Shown piece by piece: positions 26,994 to 40,539 of a stretch of 64,000 nucleotides of DNA. The stretch comes from Octopus vulgaris (lineage: Eukaryota): assembly GCA_951406725.2 (NCBI GenBank), contig OX597821.1:21266001-21330000 (forward strand). The letters are read 5' to 3'. Position numbers and translations under genes: made by a program. A model generated the notes under the pieces. It saw only the letters and a program-made list of their open reading frames with translations, made no database searches and had not been told where the DNA came from. How positions within the stretch are numbered: position 1 is the stretch's first letter; each line of letters opens with the position of its first letter.

Positions 26994-27933
26994 GAAAAGT
27001 TTGTGTATTATTAGATTGTGTCGTGTTTATTTCACAGAAATTGTTTCAATCGAAGTCTAGTATTTTCATATGCAGTACTCAATACGACGGACTTCTTTCA
27101 GTTTCCATCTACCAAATAAACTCTCAAAGTTTTGGCCGGCCCCGAGATATAGTAGAAATCTCTTGCTCAGTGTGCCATGTAATATGACTAAACCTGGAAC
27201 TTGTGTCTGGAAGCGAGTTTCTTAGTAATCATGATTTTAGTAGGACGGGAGAGATAACTAAAGATCAACTTCGCTATAGTAGTAGTAGTAGTAGTAGTAT
27301 AGCAGCAGCAACAATAGCAGAAACAGTAGCAGCCGTTAAAGCATTTGGACCTGGAGATCTCCATTTCCAGAGACTTCGAGGGCCACTTCCCAGTGGTGTC
27401 AGGCGTCAACGAAGAGCCCTCGACTGCAAGAAGACGGCAAAAGTCTTTTTTTTTCCCAAGGTCTGGGGTCTCCCGCCCCTAAGCCCTAGACCATCACCTA
27501 ATCACCCTTACCTCTGTTGTTGCTTACCAACAACAACAACAACAACAACAGCAACAGTAGCAGCAGCAGCACAAATTAATCTATAAAAATAGAATTATTT
27601 TATATATTGCATGGTATTTAAAATGAGGGATCTCAAACACTAATTGCTGACTCTATACATCAAAATAATCCTTAGTTAAGATATTCAGTAGAAAATATGT
27701 TCAGGTGATCACCTTTTTCCTATACAACGTTCTATAACCTCTTCGTGATCGTCTAATACTTATTTCGGCAATTCTTGTAAAATATAAGCCTTACTAAAAA
27801 AACAAACTAATTTGGAGTGTATACAGGAAAGATAACCTACAGTAAATTAAATGGTAAATATAGATTCTCCCTCTTTTTCGCTCCTTCTCTCGCACCGTGT
27901 CTCTATTTCTGTATATCACTCTAAGTTTCTACA

Positions 27934-27981
<48 letters not shown>

Positions 27982-28336
27982 CCGCTCTCTCTTTATATTT
28001 CTCTTACCCTCTGTTAGCAACAAAGATGAATGAGAATACTGTTGCTCTGAATCGTTATAGTTTTGTTGCTTAGACCCGTGTTTGCTCCCTGTATATGGGG
28101 GTTATAAACCTAAAATTGCTTTAGACGGAGCTATAAATACTTTATTACCTCTGAGTATCTATGTTGACATATATAACTTCACTCAAAGAACATATGTTTT
28201 TTGTATATGTGTATATACATACATACATACATTGATAGATTGATAGATTGATAAATTGATAGATTGATGGATAGATAGATAGAAAATGTATTATATAGAC
28301 AAATATATATAAACATATAGACTCACACACACACAC

Positions 28337-28390
<54 letters not shown>

Positions 28391-29138
28391 TACATATGCG
28401 TATATGTATGCATGTGTGTATTTATATGTCAATGCATGTATAGATAGAAGAAAGTTAGATAGATAGACAGAGAGAAAGAGAGAGGGAGAGAGAGAGATAG
28501 AGAGAAAGAGAGAGATAAACACACACACATTTTCTGATAAAAAACGTCTGCAGTACGTTGGTGTTTTTCTCAAAATAAGAAACAAAAAACAAGCCATAAA
28601 TGTCACCGCTACAAACGATTCACACAGATGATACGGCCATAATGTTCTTGAAACGTCGATCGACCTTGGAAAATTAATGGCCAACAGAAGTTATAAAAAT
28701 ACTAATTAAAAAATATGGAAAGTCTTTAATGAAATAGTTTAAAACTAGGGCATAGTCACAAAAATACGGATACATGCTGTTTTTGTACACATTCACTCAA
28801 CACATAAGCAAATTCACAGAGAGACAATTACAGACACATATACGTGTACTCTGCTCACATATTTAAACATATTTTAACACCCAGATCGCGTTTGTGCGTC
28901 TGTATCTGTAGATATATAGAGGTATAAGCATTCGCGTACACATGCTACAGGTGTGTGCGTGTGATGGGTATGGATGTGTGCACCCTCGCACGCGCGTGTT
29001 TGTGTGTGTATGTATTTTTGTATGCATATGTGTTTCTATGTGTTTTGCATGCCTGTGTATGCATATATGTGTGTGTGTATGTGTGTGTATGTATGTATGT
29101 ATGTATGTATGTATGTATGCATATATACATGACCACAT

Positions 29139-29356
29139 GGCAGAAACGTTAGCGCACCGGGTGAAATGCTTTGCGGTATTTCGTCTGTCGTTACGTTCTG
29201 AGTTTAAATTCCGCCGAGGTCCACTTTGCCTTTCATCCTCTCGGGGTCGATAAATAAAGTACCAGTTTCGCACTGGGTCGATATAATCGACTTAATCCGT
29301 TTGTCTGTCATTGTTTGTCCCCTCTATGTTTAGCCCCTTGTGGGCAATAATGAAAT
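29139..29356 (+). mobile_element. SINE S1
   Basis: Close match to 5306-5513. Confidence 0.85.
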
Positions 29357-29754
29357 ATATATACATGACCACAGATTGATAGATACATAGATAGATATAC
29401 AGTCGGACAGATCAGCAGGCAGACAGACAGACAGACATGTAGATAGATACATAGATACATACATACATACATACATACATACATACATACATACATACTT
29501 GTGTAGAGACCAACAAGACTAAAGGGGTCTTGTTTAACGTTGAATATATGCAGACATAAATTTTCCGTAATTATTTCCAAGTTGAATATATTACGAATCT
29601 TCTCGTAGGCATTACGTCTGAAAATACGACACAGGACCATGATACGCGTAAATACACGCGCGCACACACGTACATACACATACATTTTCACATATATTTG
29701 CAAATGTATTCATGCTGTATGCATATATATATATATATATAATATATGTATATG

Positions 29755-29811
<57 letters not shown>

Positions 29812-29846
29812 CACATATATTTGCAAATGTATTCATGTTGTATGCA

Positions 29847-29895
<49 letters not shown>

Positions 29896-29919
29896 GTATA
29901 TGTATATGTATATATAATG

Positions 29920-29966
<47 letters not shown>

Positions 29967-30247
29967 CTGTGTATTCTCATTTACATACATACTCACATAT
30001 ATACAAAGTACTCGTGAAGTAGCAGGCCTTTTAGAAATATTAATATTAATTTGCAGTAACCAACTTTGCTATAATTAGACTTTTATCTCTTTTGCGAACA
30101 TAAGAATTCACCAAGAATTATTTTGTTTGTTGAATTCTGTAAATAACTACAGCCGTTCTTGCTCAGATTCTTAGCTTCAATCGATGCCTCTGACTGAAAA
30201 GACGTAACGCTATCGAAACACCAGTGTTTTCCGAGTCCACTTGACAC

Positions 30248-30283
<36 letters not shown>

Positions 30284-30737
30284 CTATACACATCGTCCAA
30301 AGGGTGAAGATTTTGGCCGAAGATGAAATTCAACAATGAATATATTACCCACACTGAATTATCTGGCGAAACATGTTAAGAATAAATATCTATATTGCCA
30401 TATTGTGTCTCACTGATTTGTGTGCTCTTAATAATTTAACAGACTTAATTGATATATTGAACAGCAATTCTTTACGATCAGAAATCTTAGTAGGACATCT
30501 TGAATTTCTTTTTCAATTCATTATTCACTTATTTCTTCGCAGAAACAGCTAAATTAAATTAATAAAATTTTTATCGCTCACCATCATATACCTACTAATT
30601 ATTTTAAATTTAATTTTGACATTCAGAAATGAGAGTATATAAATAAATTAAGCATTTTATGATGAAGTAATTTCATTCTCGATTATGTCGTTATATCCTA
30701 CCATACTCGAGGTTCTGTCTCACTGTTAATGCGATGT

Positions 30738-30798
<61 letters not shown>

Positions 30799-33009
30799 TA
30801 AAATATAATAAATACAAAATCAAACAGGAAACAGACACAGGTCACCAACTCCTCATCAGTTAAGGGCCAGAGGTTCGAACGCAATTTCGCGCCTTAACGG
30901 TAATATGCTGTCCCCGCGATGGTTATCCCACATATAATGGATAACTTTAGAAATACACTTTAGCACAATGGGTAGTTGTAAGAAATAAGGCATACTTGCG
31001 GATATAATTTAACCTTTATCATATTTCTTGGTGCTTATAGAAACTGATGAAATACATACGAAGTTTGAAAAGAAAATACTCATTGTTTTAAAATAAAATT
31101 TTTTTAATGTTTATCATTTGTATATTTCCTCCATACTCTGTCATTTACTCTCTTTTCCCTCACTTTTCACTCACAATGTGTGTAAATATGCTTAGCGGCT
31201 TTTTTTTACACTTGCCTGCTACAAAGTTTCGTATGTGCGCTCATCGGCGACCATTAATGTTAACTTTCACAATATCTTTCTTTTACACTTTTCTCTCTCT
31301 CCCTCATTTCTCTTTCTCTTTCTCACCCCCTCTCTCTCTCACACACACACACACACACTCTCTCTCTCTCTCTCTCTCTCGTTAGATGATGTATAGCTTG
31401 ACTGGAAAATTCAATCAATCATCTAAACAACCCATGTTTATTCCGGCAATTATTATGTAGATATTAAAGGATTTCAGATATCACGTTGACGTTGACATTT
31501 TTCACAAAAGGTTTGTCTCAGAATCAGACACACATCATACGCGCACACACGCAAACACGCACACACACATGCACACAACACACATGCACACAACACACAT
31601 GCACACACACAAACACACGTATCAACATACTCGTAATCACAATCAACGTCATCGTCGCCGTCATCATGATCGCCATCGTCGTCGTCTTCATCATCGTTAT
31701 CAGCGGCGTCTTCGTCGTCATCGTCATCATCATCGTTGTCGCCGCCACCATTGTTGCCGCGTCTTCATCGTCTTCGTTGTCGTCGTCGTCGCCATCCTCA
31801 CCATAATCGTGGTGAACTCTATCGCGCATAGCTTATAACACCAATCATAAAATTAAAAATGACATATTTACGCTGTGAAGTTAAAACCTTTAAATAATCG
31901 ATTAAACTTTATCGATGTAATATCTCTGTGGATAAAATAAATTGTGATGGAGTTATAGACGATATATTGGCTCGAGACATACATACCTAACGATGAAAGT
32001 TATCAGACAGTGAAATTACAGGCGATACACTCTATCGTAAAGTATGTTAATCGTACTATACACTTCATAGGGAGAAAAAGAAATGGCTTTTCTGTGTATC
32101 TGTAGTGTCTGATGTATATTTGTAGGTCTCACCGGACTTAAATGTAGAGAAGGATAGGAAAAAAATTACGTTTTCCATTGTGTAATCGTCTGAATTTTGT
32201 CAATGAAAAACTAGACGTAACTGTTTGTGAAGTTTTCCTTTTAGAAACTAAATTTCAAATTATGTATATGTCTATGTACGTTATATAGCCAACGTGTGTT
32301 CTGAACCACATGGGTTCAGGTTCAGTGACTTCGAACACGAGTCTTCTAGTATAGTTTCGGGAAAACCAACGCTTCTTGAGTTGATTCAATAGACGTAGAT
32401 ATATAGATATATACATTCATACACAAGCGCGCGCACAAACATACACACTCACATATATATATATTTATATATATTTCGTTTTTGTATTTGAATTGGATGA
32501 TTCTTCATGTGCATCCGTGTGTTGAAGCATATTCAACTGATTCGATTTCAACACATTTCTTATTTTTCCCAAAATTTTCTTTGCTTCTTGCAACCTCTTC
32601 AATACTTTGTTTACTCTGTCCGTTATCGGAGCTGCGTTCTGTTTGTTTGTCTGTGCGTATACATTTGTGTCAGTGTGCATATATATGCACATATGTATGT
32701 ATGTATGTGTGTATTCGTGTGTGTATGCTTCAACCTGTGTGTGGTGCTGTTTGTAACTCTCCTAAAAAAATTTTTAAGGGATAGTGTCGATTCGTTCGTC
32801 TACCTTGGAACCTGTTCAAAATGATGGAAATCTTGATACAGAAATACAACTGCGACATCAAAGAGTAGCAAAATAATTTGGTGGCTTAGAGTCACGCGTT
32901 TGATGCCAGCGATATATGAATAAGAATAAAAAGCTGGTACTTTACAAATCATTTGTCTAACCATCCCTGTTGTATTTCGGTGAAAGTTGGACTTGTTATA
33001 GAAGGCATT

Positions 33010-35347
33010 TTAAATTCATTATTTACATTATTTACAATTGGCGGATATTTGTCCTCATGTTGTTTGTTGTTAACACAACGTTTCGGCTGATATACCCTCC
33101 AGCCTTCATCAGGTGTCTTGGGGAAATTTCGAACCTGTGTTCTCAGTCCTAATGTATTTTTCGATGTTGTTGTTGTTATTCAGGTCACTGCCTGGAATCG
33201 AACTCGGAATGGAGGGAATTCTAGGGCTTATACATCTAATATTTTCTATCCTTCCTTAATACCGGTTCCCATATGCTTTTCATATCTGCGCTCCGTCCTT
33301 TTAGGAGGTTGTTGTGTCCTAGCATATGCGCTGCTTCTTTTAGTCTTCATCTTTTCCAGTAGTATTCTCTGTCTATAATTTTTTTCATCTCACAAGGGAA
33401 GGTAGTCTCCATTTTTCCATACACGATCAGCTATACCCGATTTATCAATATCTCCGTGACACAGCTTTGAGATGTTCCTCTACCCTTATTTTGAGGGGCG
33501 GCATGTTTCGCCTTTGTATAACCTACCACAGCGTCATGGGATGGAGTACATGCAGTTCTTAGTCATATTCTCTTCGGTTGGTGGTTTTACTCGAAGGAGA
33601 TATTTGCGAAGTGTTCTATTAAGTTTGAATACTGTCCTGATGTCATATGGGCCGCATATTTTTTGTATCTTTTCGGAGAGTACTTTCACATAGAGTAGAC
33701 AGGCTGTGGACATTTTATTGGTTTCGTCCTCCCTTTTCTTCCTAATTGGAGTGGAGAGTATGCTTTTGAGGTAGTTGTTGCTTAATAGATTGTTACTGAG
33801 CTTGATCATTTGATCGTGATGGGTATCACGATCGCTAATTATATTCATTGCTCGATGTTTTAGGTACTGAGTAATCGCTCTCTTTACACTGTAAGGATGG
33901 TGGGATTTGAAGATGAGGTATGGTCCAGTGAAGGTCGGCTTGCGGTATACAGATGTCCTGAATCCATACTTGGTGCGTGTTATTAATGCATCCAGGAAAG
34001 CCAGCTGATTGTATTTTTCTTTTTCCCTTGTGAACTATATGGATGGCTTTATTGAGTTCACACGAACTAACAGTACTTGGACATCTTCCTAGTGGGGCCA
34101 GAGTATGAAGGTGTCATCAACATATGGCAGCCATAGGGTTGGTTTTGGTGGTGTTGATCCTAAAGCCAAATTCCCAAAGTATTCCATGTATATATTGGCT
34201 ATTGTCGATATATATCAGTGTCCATACTGAAGTAGGTAGTTTCTACACAGAAGGTCAACATTTCCATCAAGTTTCTTATTGGTATAATAGTGCGTTCTTT
34301 TAGATGGGTATCTGTCACTGGTTTTTCTTGAATCACCGATACTGCTTCACCAATTGGGACTTTGGTGAACAGGCTTATCACATCTGGACTCACCATGTAG
34401 TTGGTTTCAATGGGAATATCCTTGGTTAATTCTGTGAAGTGGGTGGAAGTCTTCATGAACGATGTTGACTTTCCTGCTAGTGGATTGATTATATCCACAA
34501 GGAAGAGGCTCAGTGGATGACATGCCGAACCTCTACAGCTCTCTATAGGTCTTAATGGAATACCATCCTTGTGAATCTTAGAAAGACCGTACATGTGTGG
34601 TAGTTTACTGTAGTGTTGAGTCATTAGTCTGTACTTCATTGGTGTAAAGGGATCCTTGTTTTTTATCAAGATCTGTGACAACTTCTCTGTTTTCAAAGTA
34701 GGGTCTTTCTTTACTTTGCTGTAGCTACCATCACTTATAAGACTTGCCAGACTTTCCGGGTAGTCAGACTTGTTCATCACCACTGTAGCATTTCCCATGT
34801 CTGCTGGAAGTATTATGATGGAATTGTCACTCTGTAGTCTTTTGATAGCGAACGTTTATTGCTTAGTGATGTTCGGTTTGGGGAGTTTCGCTTCTCAAAG
34901 AGTATGGAGGACTATTTTAGTTTCAAATGGTGATTTAGTCTCTCCGCAATGCTTCTAGATGTCTTACAAATGTATGTCTGGTTGTTGTTTTTACAAGTAC
35001 CCTATATGCACCTTATGCTGTTGAATACCTTTCTAGTTTTACAGTTAAGGCCAGGGTTATTCCATGCAGTTCTCATTGGTGCATATGGTGTTCTCAAAGG
35101 GTTACGTTCTACATAATTGTAGCTTGCTTTAGAAATTTCCTAAATACTCGGGCTAGTTCTCCATGGGCTGTGGTCTTTACGAACATCACTCCTTGATATT
35201 TTGTCAGTATTTATCGTGTGTTCATTCTGTTTGCTTTGTCACGAAGTCTCTGTATCATATTCCAGTCTTTACTTTTGACCACGACTGAAAGCAGGCAGCG
35301 TGAACGATAGCATAGGGGCTTACGTGTACTTACTTCAAGACAGTGTT

Positions 35348-35350
<3 letters not shown>
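33010..35350 (-). mobile_element. Decayed Penelope/Poseidon-type retroelement (RT + GIY-YIG pseudogene)
   Basis: Fragments read MGNATVVM..DPT..PHMYGLSKIHKDGIPLRPI..SPDVISLFTKVP (34199-34798), WLPYVDDTF (~34100-34135), YRKPTFTG.YL, and CMYSIP*RCGRLYKGETCRP (~33490-33560). There are many stops and frameshifts, and the 5' end abuts (TA)n. Confidence 0.88.
33072..33117 (-). ncRNA. Minimal hammerhead ribozyme at the 3' end of the decayed Penelope-like element
   Basis: The minus strand reads GACAC-CTGATGA-A-GGCTG(loop)CAGCC-GAAA-CG-TT-GTGTT. Stem I is GACAC/GTGTT, stem II is GGCTG/CAGCC, and stem III is essentially absent, as in minimal PLE hammerheads. Confidence 0.75.
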
Positions 35351-35411
<61 letters not shown>

Positions 35412-37710
35412 CATATACATATACATATACATATACGTATATAAGTGTTTGTGTGTGTGTGTGTGCATGTAAGTATAAGTAAGAAATGACGTTGAACGTA
35501 GGTGTTATTCAAATATTTATACTTCCGATATATGTTTCGAAAATACATTGGCATTATTACAGGGAATAAAATAATGTAAAACAGTGTAATCGTCGCGTCA
35601 AGGAAAAAAGGGAAACAAACCACACCAATCAGTCATTTTAACCAAATTGATTACCACATATAGGACGAAGGGAACGCTGGCAAGTTATTTTTTTTAAAAC
35701 CGTTAATAGATTTAACGTCAAAAGCGATTTAGAGAAAAAGAAGTAGGAGAAACAAAGAAATTAAGAGAAATTTACGAGTGGGGAAATACAGTGAGATAGA
35801 TGTGTGGAAATAAAGCTTAAAGGCTTGTAAATAGATTTTTCTGTTTTGCTTCTCTTTTTTCCATGACAAGATGACTGCCTTGTTTCACATCATTTTATTC
35901 CGTCAGGAATAATACCAATGTTTTCTACGAAACATATGTCGGATGTATACAGATTGGAAAAACACTTGCGTTTAACTCCTTTACTTAATTTATCTATATT
36001 ATCAAAAACATTTCACTGAACCCTGGAACTTCTACCTTTATAAGTAGGCTGTAACATCCTTGGCACTTCTGAGAATTTTTGCTACCCTGGTAACTATTTT
36101 TTTTTTTCGTGTTATTTGTACACATTGAAAAATTACATACACACACACACACTCACACACACACATATATATGTATGTATAAATATACATTTATGCATAT
36201 CTGTACATAAATATATATATGTAAATGCATATATGTTTGTGTGTGTGCGCGCGTGTGTATATGTATATATGTATGTTTGCTTATATATCTGTATTTCAAT
36301 GTCTCTTTTCTCTGTGTTTGTCCTTAAACACTGATTGCCATCCGGTGTCGCTTTGTTCACGTCCCGATGGCCTAAGTACCAGACTTAGAAAAATACGTGT
36401 TGGTGTCGATTTGTTCGACAAAATCATTCAAGTTGCTGCCCCAGGCTGGCCACGGTCTACTAGTTTAAAGAAGAAAAGATTATAGATGTATGTGTGCATG
36501 CGTGTGTATGTAATTATGTATATATGCATGTATGTAATTATGTATATATGCTTGTATGCATGAATGTATGCATGTATATGTGTATGTATGTTTGTATGTA
36601 TGTATGCATGTATGTATATATGATCCGTCCTTGCTTTGTACCGTCTATCTGGATGTTTTTTCCCTTTTTTGTATCACCTAAATGTCTGGATGTTTTGCGC
36701 TCTTGTCCCAATTTGTATATATAGTAATTTGTGGTAAATCATTTTACCTTTGCTCAAATAATACAGTAAATGAATTGATTGCATCGCAATCATTAACATT
36801 TATGTATTAACTTTGTTGGGTACTTCACTAGCAGTATATTGGATATATGTTATCCCAAAGAGGGTTGCATTTACAACATCTATCTCAATTTATATATATA
36901 TATATATATATATGCATGTATGTATATATGTAAAGTATGTATGAATGTATGTATATATGTATGCATGTATGTACGTATGTACGTATGTACGTATGTGCAA
37001 GTACATCCATGTTTAGAACGATAGATAAATGGCTGCGCATAACCATAGGCATATGTAACTATCTATGCATGGATAATATGCATATGTACATATATGTAGA
37101 TTAAAGAATATGATCTTTTGAACTGATGGTTTGTAATTGGAAATAAATAATATCCAATTTTCAGAATTGAGAACAGCTGTACGATTTCAAGCATAATAAC
37201 AGCTATTGCAGTTATTTCATGGACATGATCCAATACATACTTCAAAAACAGGTCTCACAATAAATGTTGGATATCATTACAAAGTTTCTATTAAAGTTAT
37301 GATTAGTTTCTCAAGGAAGTTTATAAAAGAGCAGTTTCATGTACAATAGACATTGTGGTCTTCATTTCTTCTAATTTACTGTCGGACTTTTTCAGTTATC
37401 TGTCCAATATAGAACGTCTCAAGTTATCTCAGTGTTTTTACGTGAGTGATATTATTGTGTTTGTGGTAATAATCATATTTGAAGTGTATAAAACCAGTGT
37501 CTGAACAAGAAGTTAGTTTATAATATGGCTTGCTTGTCAGTTATAGTCTACAGCATTCACACAAGCATTATAAACAGTATGGCCATGTAAGTAAACAAGC
37601 AAAGATACCTAGGGACATCTACTACATGAAAAACTAAATGTAAATTGAGCACTGACCTATGAGCTGTTGAGAGTATATCTAAACATGAGTGAAACGCTAC
37701 TCTGTCTTTC

Positions 37711-38111
37711 ACTCTTTTACTTGTTTCAGTCATTTGACTGCGGCCAGGCTGGAGCACCGCCTTTAGTCGAGCAAATCGACCCCGGGACTTATTCTTTTTG
37801 TAAGCCCAGTACTTATTCTATCGCTCTCTTTTTGCCGAACCGCTAAGTGACGGGGACGTAAACACACCAGCATCGGTTGTCAAGCAATGCTAGGGGAAGA
37901 AACACAGACACACAAACACACACACATACATATACATATACATATATACGACAGGCTTCTTTCAGTTTCCGTCTACCAAATCTACTCACAAGGCATTGGT
38001 TGGCCCGGGGCTATAGCAGAAGACACTTGCCCAAGATGCCACGCAGTGGGACTGAACCCGGAACCATGTGGTTGGTTAGCAAGCTACTTACCACACAGCC
38101 ACTCCTGCGCC
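37711..38111 (-). mobile_element. SINE S2
   Basis: Full head-to-tail match to the other S2 copies. Confidence 0.9.
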
Positions 38112-38179
38112 TATGCTAGTGCAATTCACATGTAAAAGAATTTGTCAAAATTCAAGAGTGTCCCTCATATTCAGTCTAC

Positions 38180-38780
38180 GGAAGTCGGCTTAAGATTTTA
38201 TAAGCTGACGAAGATATTGTCATTGAATGTGACCAAAGGGGGTTTAGTTTTCAGCATAGCCACCCTTGCTGTCCAGACATTTGTTCCATCGATGTTGCAG
38301 TCTGTAGGGCCCATAAGTGAAGACATTTTTACCCTGTTAGTGAACAAAGTCATCAACAACAGGCATGACGTCATCTTCACTGCGATACAGGTTGCTGGCC
38401 AAGGGAGGGAGAACAGTCGACTATCAGATGGGTCTAAATAACGAAAATAGGGAGCTTGATCAAACACTTAAACACTACCGGTCCAGAGCTTGAGTCACTT
38501 TTGCACTGCTCTTAAAGATGGAACCTCATTACCTAATGCAGCAACCATGTCAGCATGAATTTGCTTAAGAGCTAAACCATTTATCATCAGATAGTTGATA
38601 ATTCCATAATGCAAAATGTTGTCCATTTTCAAGAGAGAGCGCTATTAATTATATCTGAAACCATTTTTTGAAGAGTCAGATGTTAGTCTGAAACAATGCA
38701 CGTCCATAAGAAGAGTTTAAATTAAGACATGGAAGATTTCACAGCTTTAGCATTACCCACTCATAGTTAGTCAACTCTTC
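38180..38780 (-). mobile_element. Deleted mariner related to the 24.8-25.9 kb copy
   Basis: Shares the 5' segment (AGTCAGATGTTAGT, AAGATTTC, CATAGT) and start-of-ORF relics. A 3' relic (LQHRWNKC) is also present. Confidence 0.55.
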
Positions 38781-39039
38781 TGGCTGGGTTTTCGTATAAC
38801 AGCAAGAATGAGAGTAAAGAGAAATAATGATGCCTACATGAACTTTTAATACGCCCCACCAGGCACAATCGTGAATGGTATACAGTGCAGGGACTTTTTT
38901 TTCTCCTGGTACAAATTCCTCATTATATATGTATTACGCGCGCACACACACCTGTGTGTGCGCGTGCGTGTGCGTGTGGGTATCTGAGTGTTTGTGTGTA
39001 TATACATATTTATATGCATGTATGTATATATATGCATAG

Positions 39040-39084
<45 letters not shown>

Positions 39085-39089
39085 CATGT

Positions 39090-39397
39090 GGAGGCGAAAT
39101 AGCCCAGTGGTTAGGGCAGCGGACTCACGGTCGGAGGATCGCGGTTTCGATTCCCAGACCGGGTGTTGTGTGTGTTTATTGAGCGAAAACACCTAAAGTC
39201 CCACGAGGCTCCGGCAGGGGTGGTGGTGGCGACCCCTGCTGTACTCTTTCGCCACACCTTTCTCTCACTCTTTCTTCTGTTGGCCTGCTCGCTTAGCCAG
39301 CGGGGTGGCGTCATTTGAAGGCTAAAACAATGCGAAGCACATTGTGACCAGCGATGTGTAGCAACATCTGATAGCCTGGTCGGTCACGGTGATCACG
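39090..39397 (+). mobile_element. tRNA-derived SINE family S3
   Basis: A-box TAGCCCAGTGG and B-box GGTTTCGATTCCC. Matches 44425-44710. Confidence 0.85.
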
Positions 39398-39477
39398 ATG
39401 ATATATATACTTATAAAAGGCATATATACATATATATACATACATATGTATATAAACGAATCTGTTATACTTATAAG

Positions 39478-39797
39478 CTTGCTTTCCACCCACATGGTTC
39501 CAATTTCAGTCCCACTGCGTGACACCTTGGGCATGTGTCTTTTACTATAACCTCGGGCCGAACAAGTCTTTGTAGGTGGATTTTGTAGACTAAAAGAAGT
39601 CCGTCGAATATATATATATATAATTTATGTGTGCGTGTGTTTGTTCTTACCCACCATCCCTTGACAGCCGAAGTTGATTTTTTTATGTCGCTGTAATTTA
39701 GTAATTCGGCAAAAGGAACAGATGAAACAAGTAGCATTTAAGGCAGTGCTCCTGCGTGGCCGCAATCAAATGACAGAAACAAGTAAAAGAATAAAAG
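39478..39797 (+). mobile_element. SINE S2, older copy
   Basis: Diverged match ending AAACAAGTAAAAGAATAAAAG. Confidence 0.75.
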
Positions 39798-39909
39798 ATT
39801 AAATATATGCATAATATATATATAATGTAGTCGCTAGTTATTGCCGATTAGAATGTTAACGTCGCTTTCAAGTCTATTATTGTTCTTAGCAATACTAATG
39901 AATTCCCAG

Positions 39910-39933
39910 ACCTGTTGGCCAGAGACGCACAAG
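39910..39933 (+). other. Candidate 24-nt host microexon (phase 1-1: xLLARDAQx)
   Basis: CTAAT branch-like motif, then TTCCCAG|ACCTGTTGGCCAGAGACGCACAAG|GTATGA. The length is a multiple of 3, there is no stop, and the sequence is non-repetitive. Confidence 0.5.
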
Positions 39934-40466
39934 GTATGATGAGTCGACTATATTGCTAAGGGCAATAATGGACATTGGACGTGAAACGAATGGTAATATT
40001 CTGACTGACGATAACTACCGACAACATAGAAGCTGGAGCTCAAATAATATGTCAGCATATGCTGCTTCTCTGACTTACGAAAAAGTGACCGCCAGATATA
40101 TGTATGTATGTATGTCTATATGTATAGTGACGTGTATTTGCCATTTGAATATGGCTAACCCCTAAGGGTGGATGCTACTGTAGTTTGTAGCCTCAGGAGG
40201 ACACCTCCTCCAGCTGGCTATAGACACACTTTCTGTGCCCTATCAGTATTTGCGAAGGAAAGCCATCCTTCCCGTCTTCAACTTATGATACACACGGACT
40301 CGAGTTTTAGGTTATTGACCCGGTTCCCTTCACAAATACATATGCTTTTTCCAGTATCGATTGACACTGATATTGAAAAAGTGAAATCAAACAATGATAA
40401 ATCTCAGAGCGAGTTATAAACAGTAGCAGCAAAACATCGTGACGTATATTTGCCATTTGAATATGG

Positions 40467-40500
<34 letters not shown>

Positions 40501-40539
40501 ATATACAAGTGTGATAAATCATAAAATTTTTATACCTTT

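Noticed and set aside
27476-27512. CCCTAAGCCCTA resembling a telomerase RNA template
   Set aside because: Imperfect match to CCCTAACCCTA, and no pseudoknot or H/ACA evidence that I can show.
29680-29910. Duplicated ~45-bp unit separated by TA repeats
   Set aside because: Ordinary slippage duplication within a microsatellite. It has only two units and is not a CRISPR-like array.
39090-39165. tRNA-like sequences (also 3533-3605 and 47015-47088)
   Set aside because: These are SINE heads continuing into SINE bodies, without a proper acceptor stem.
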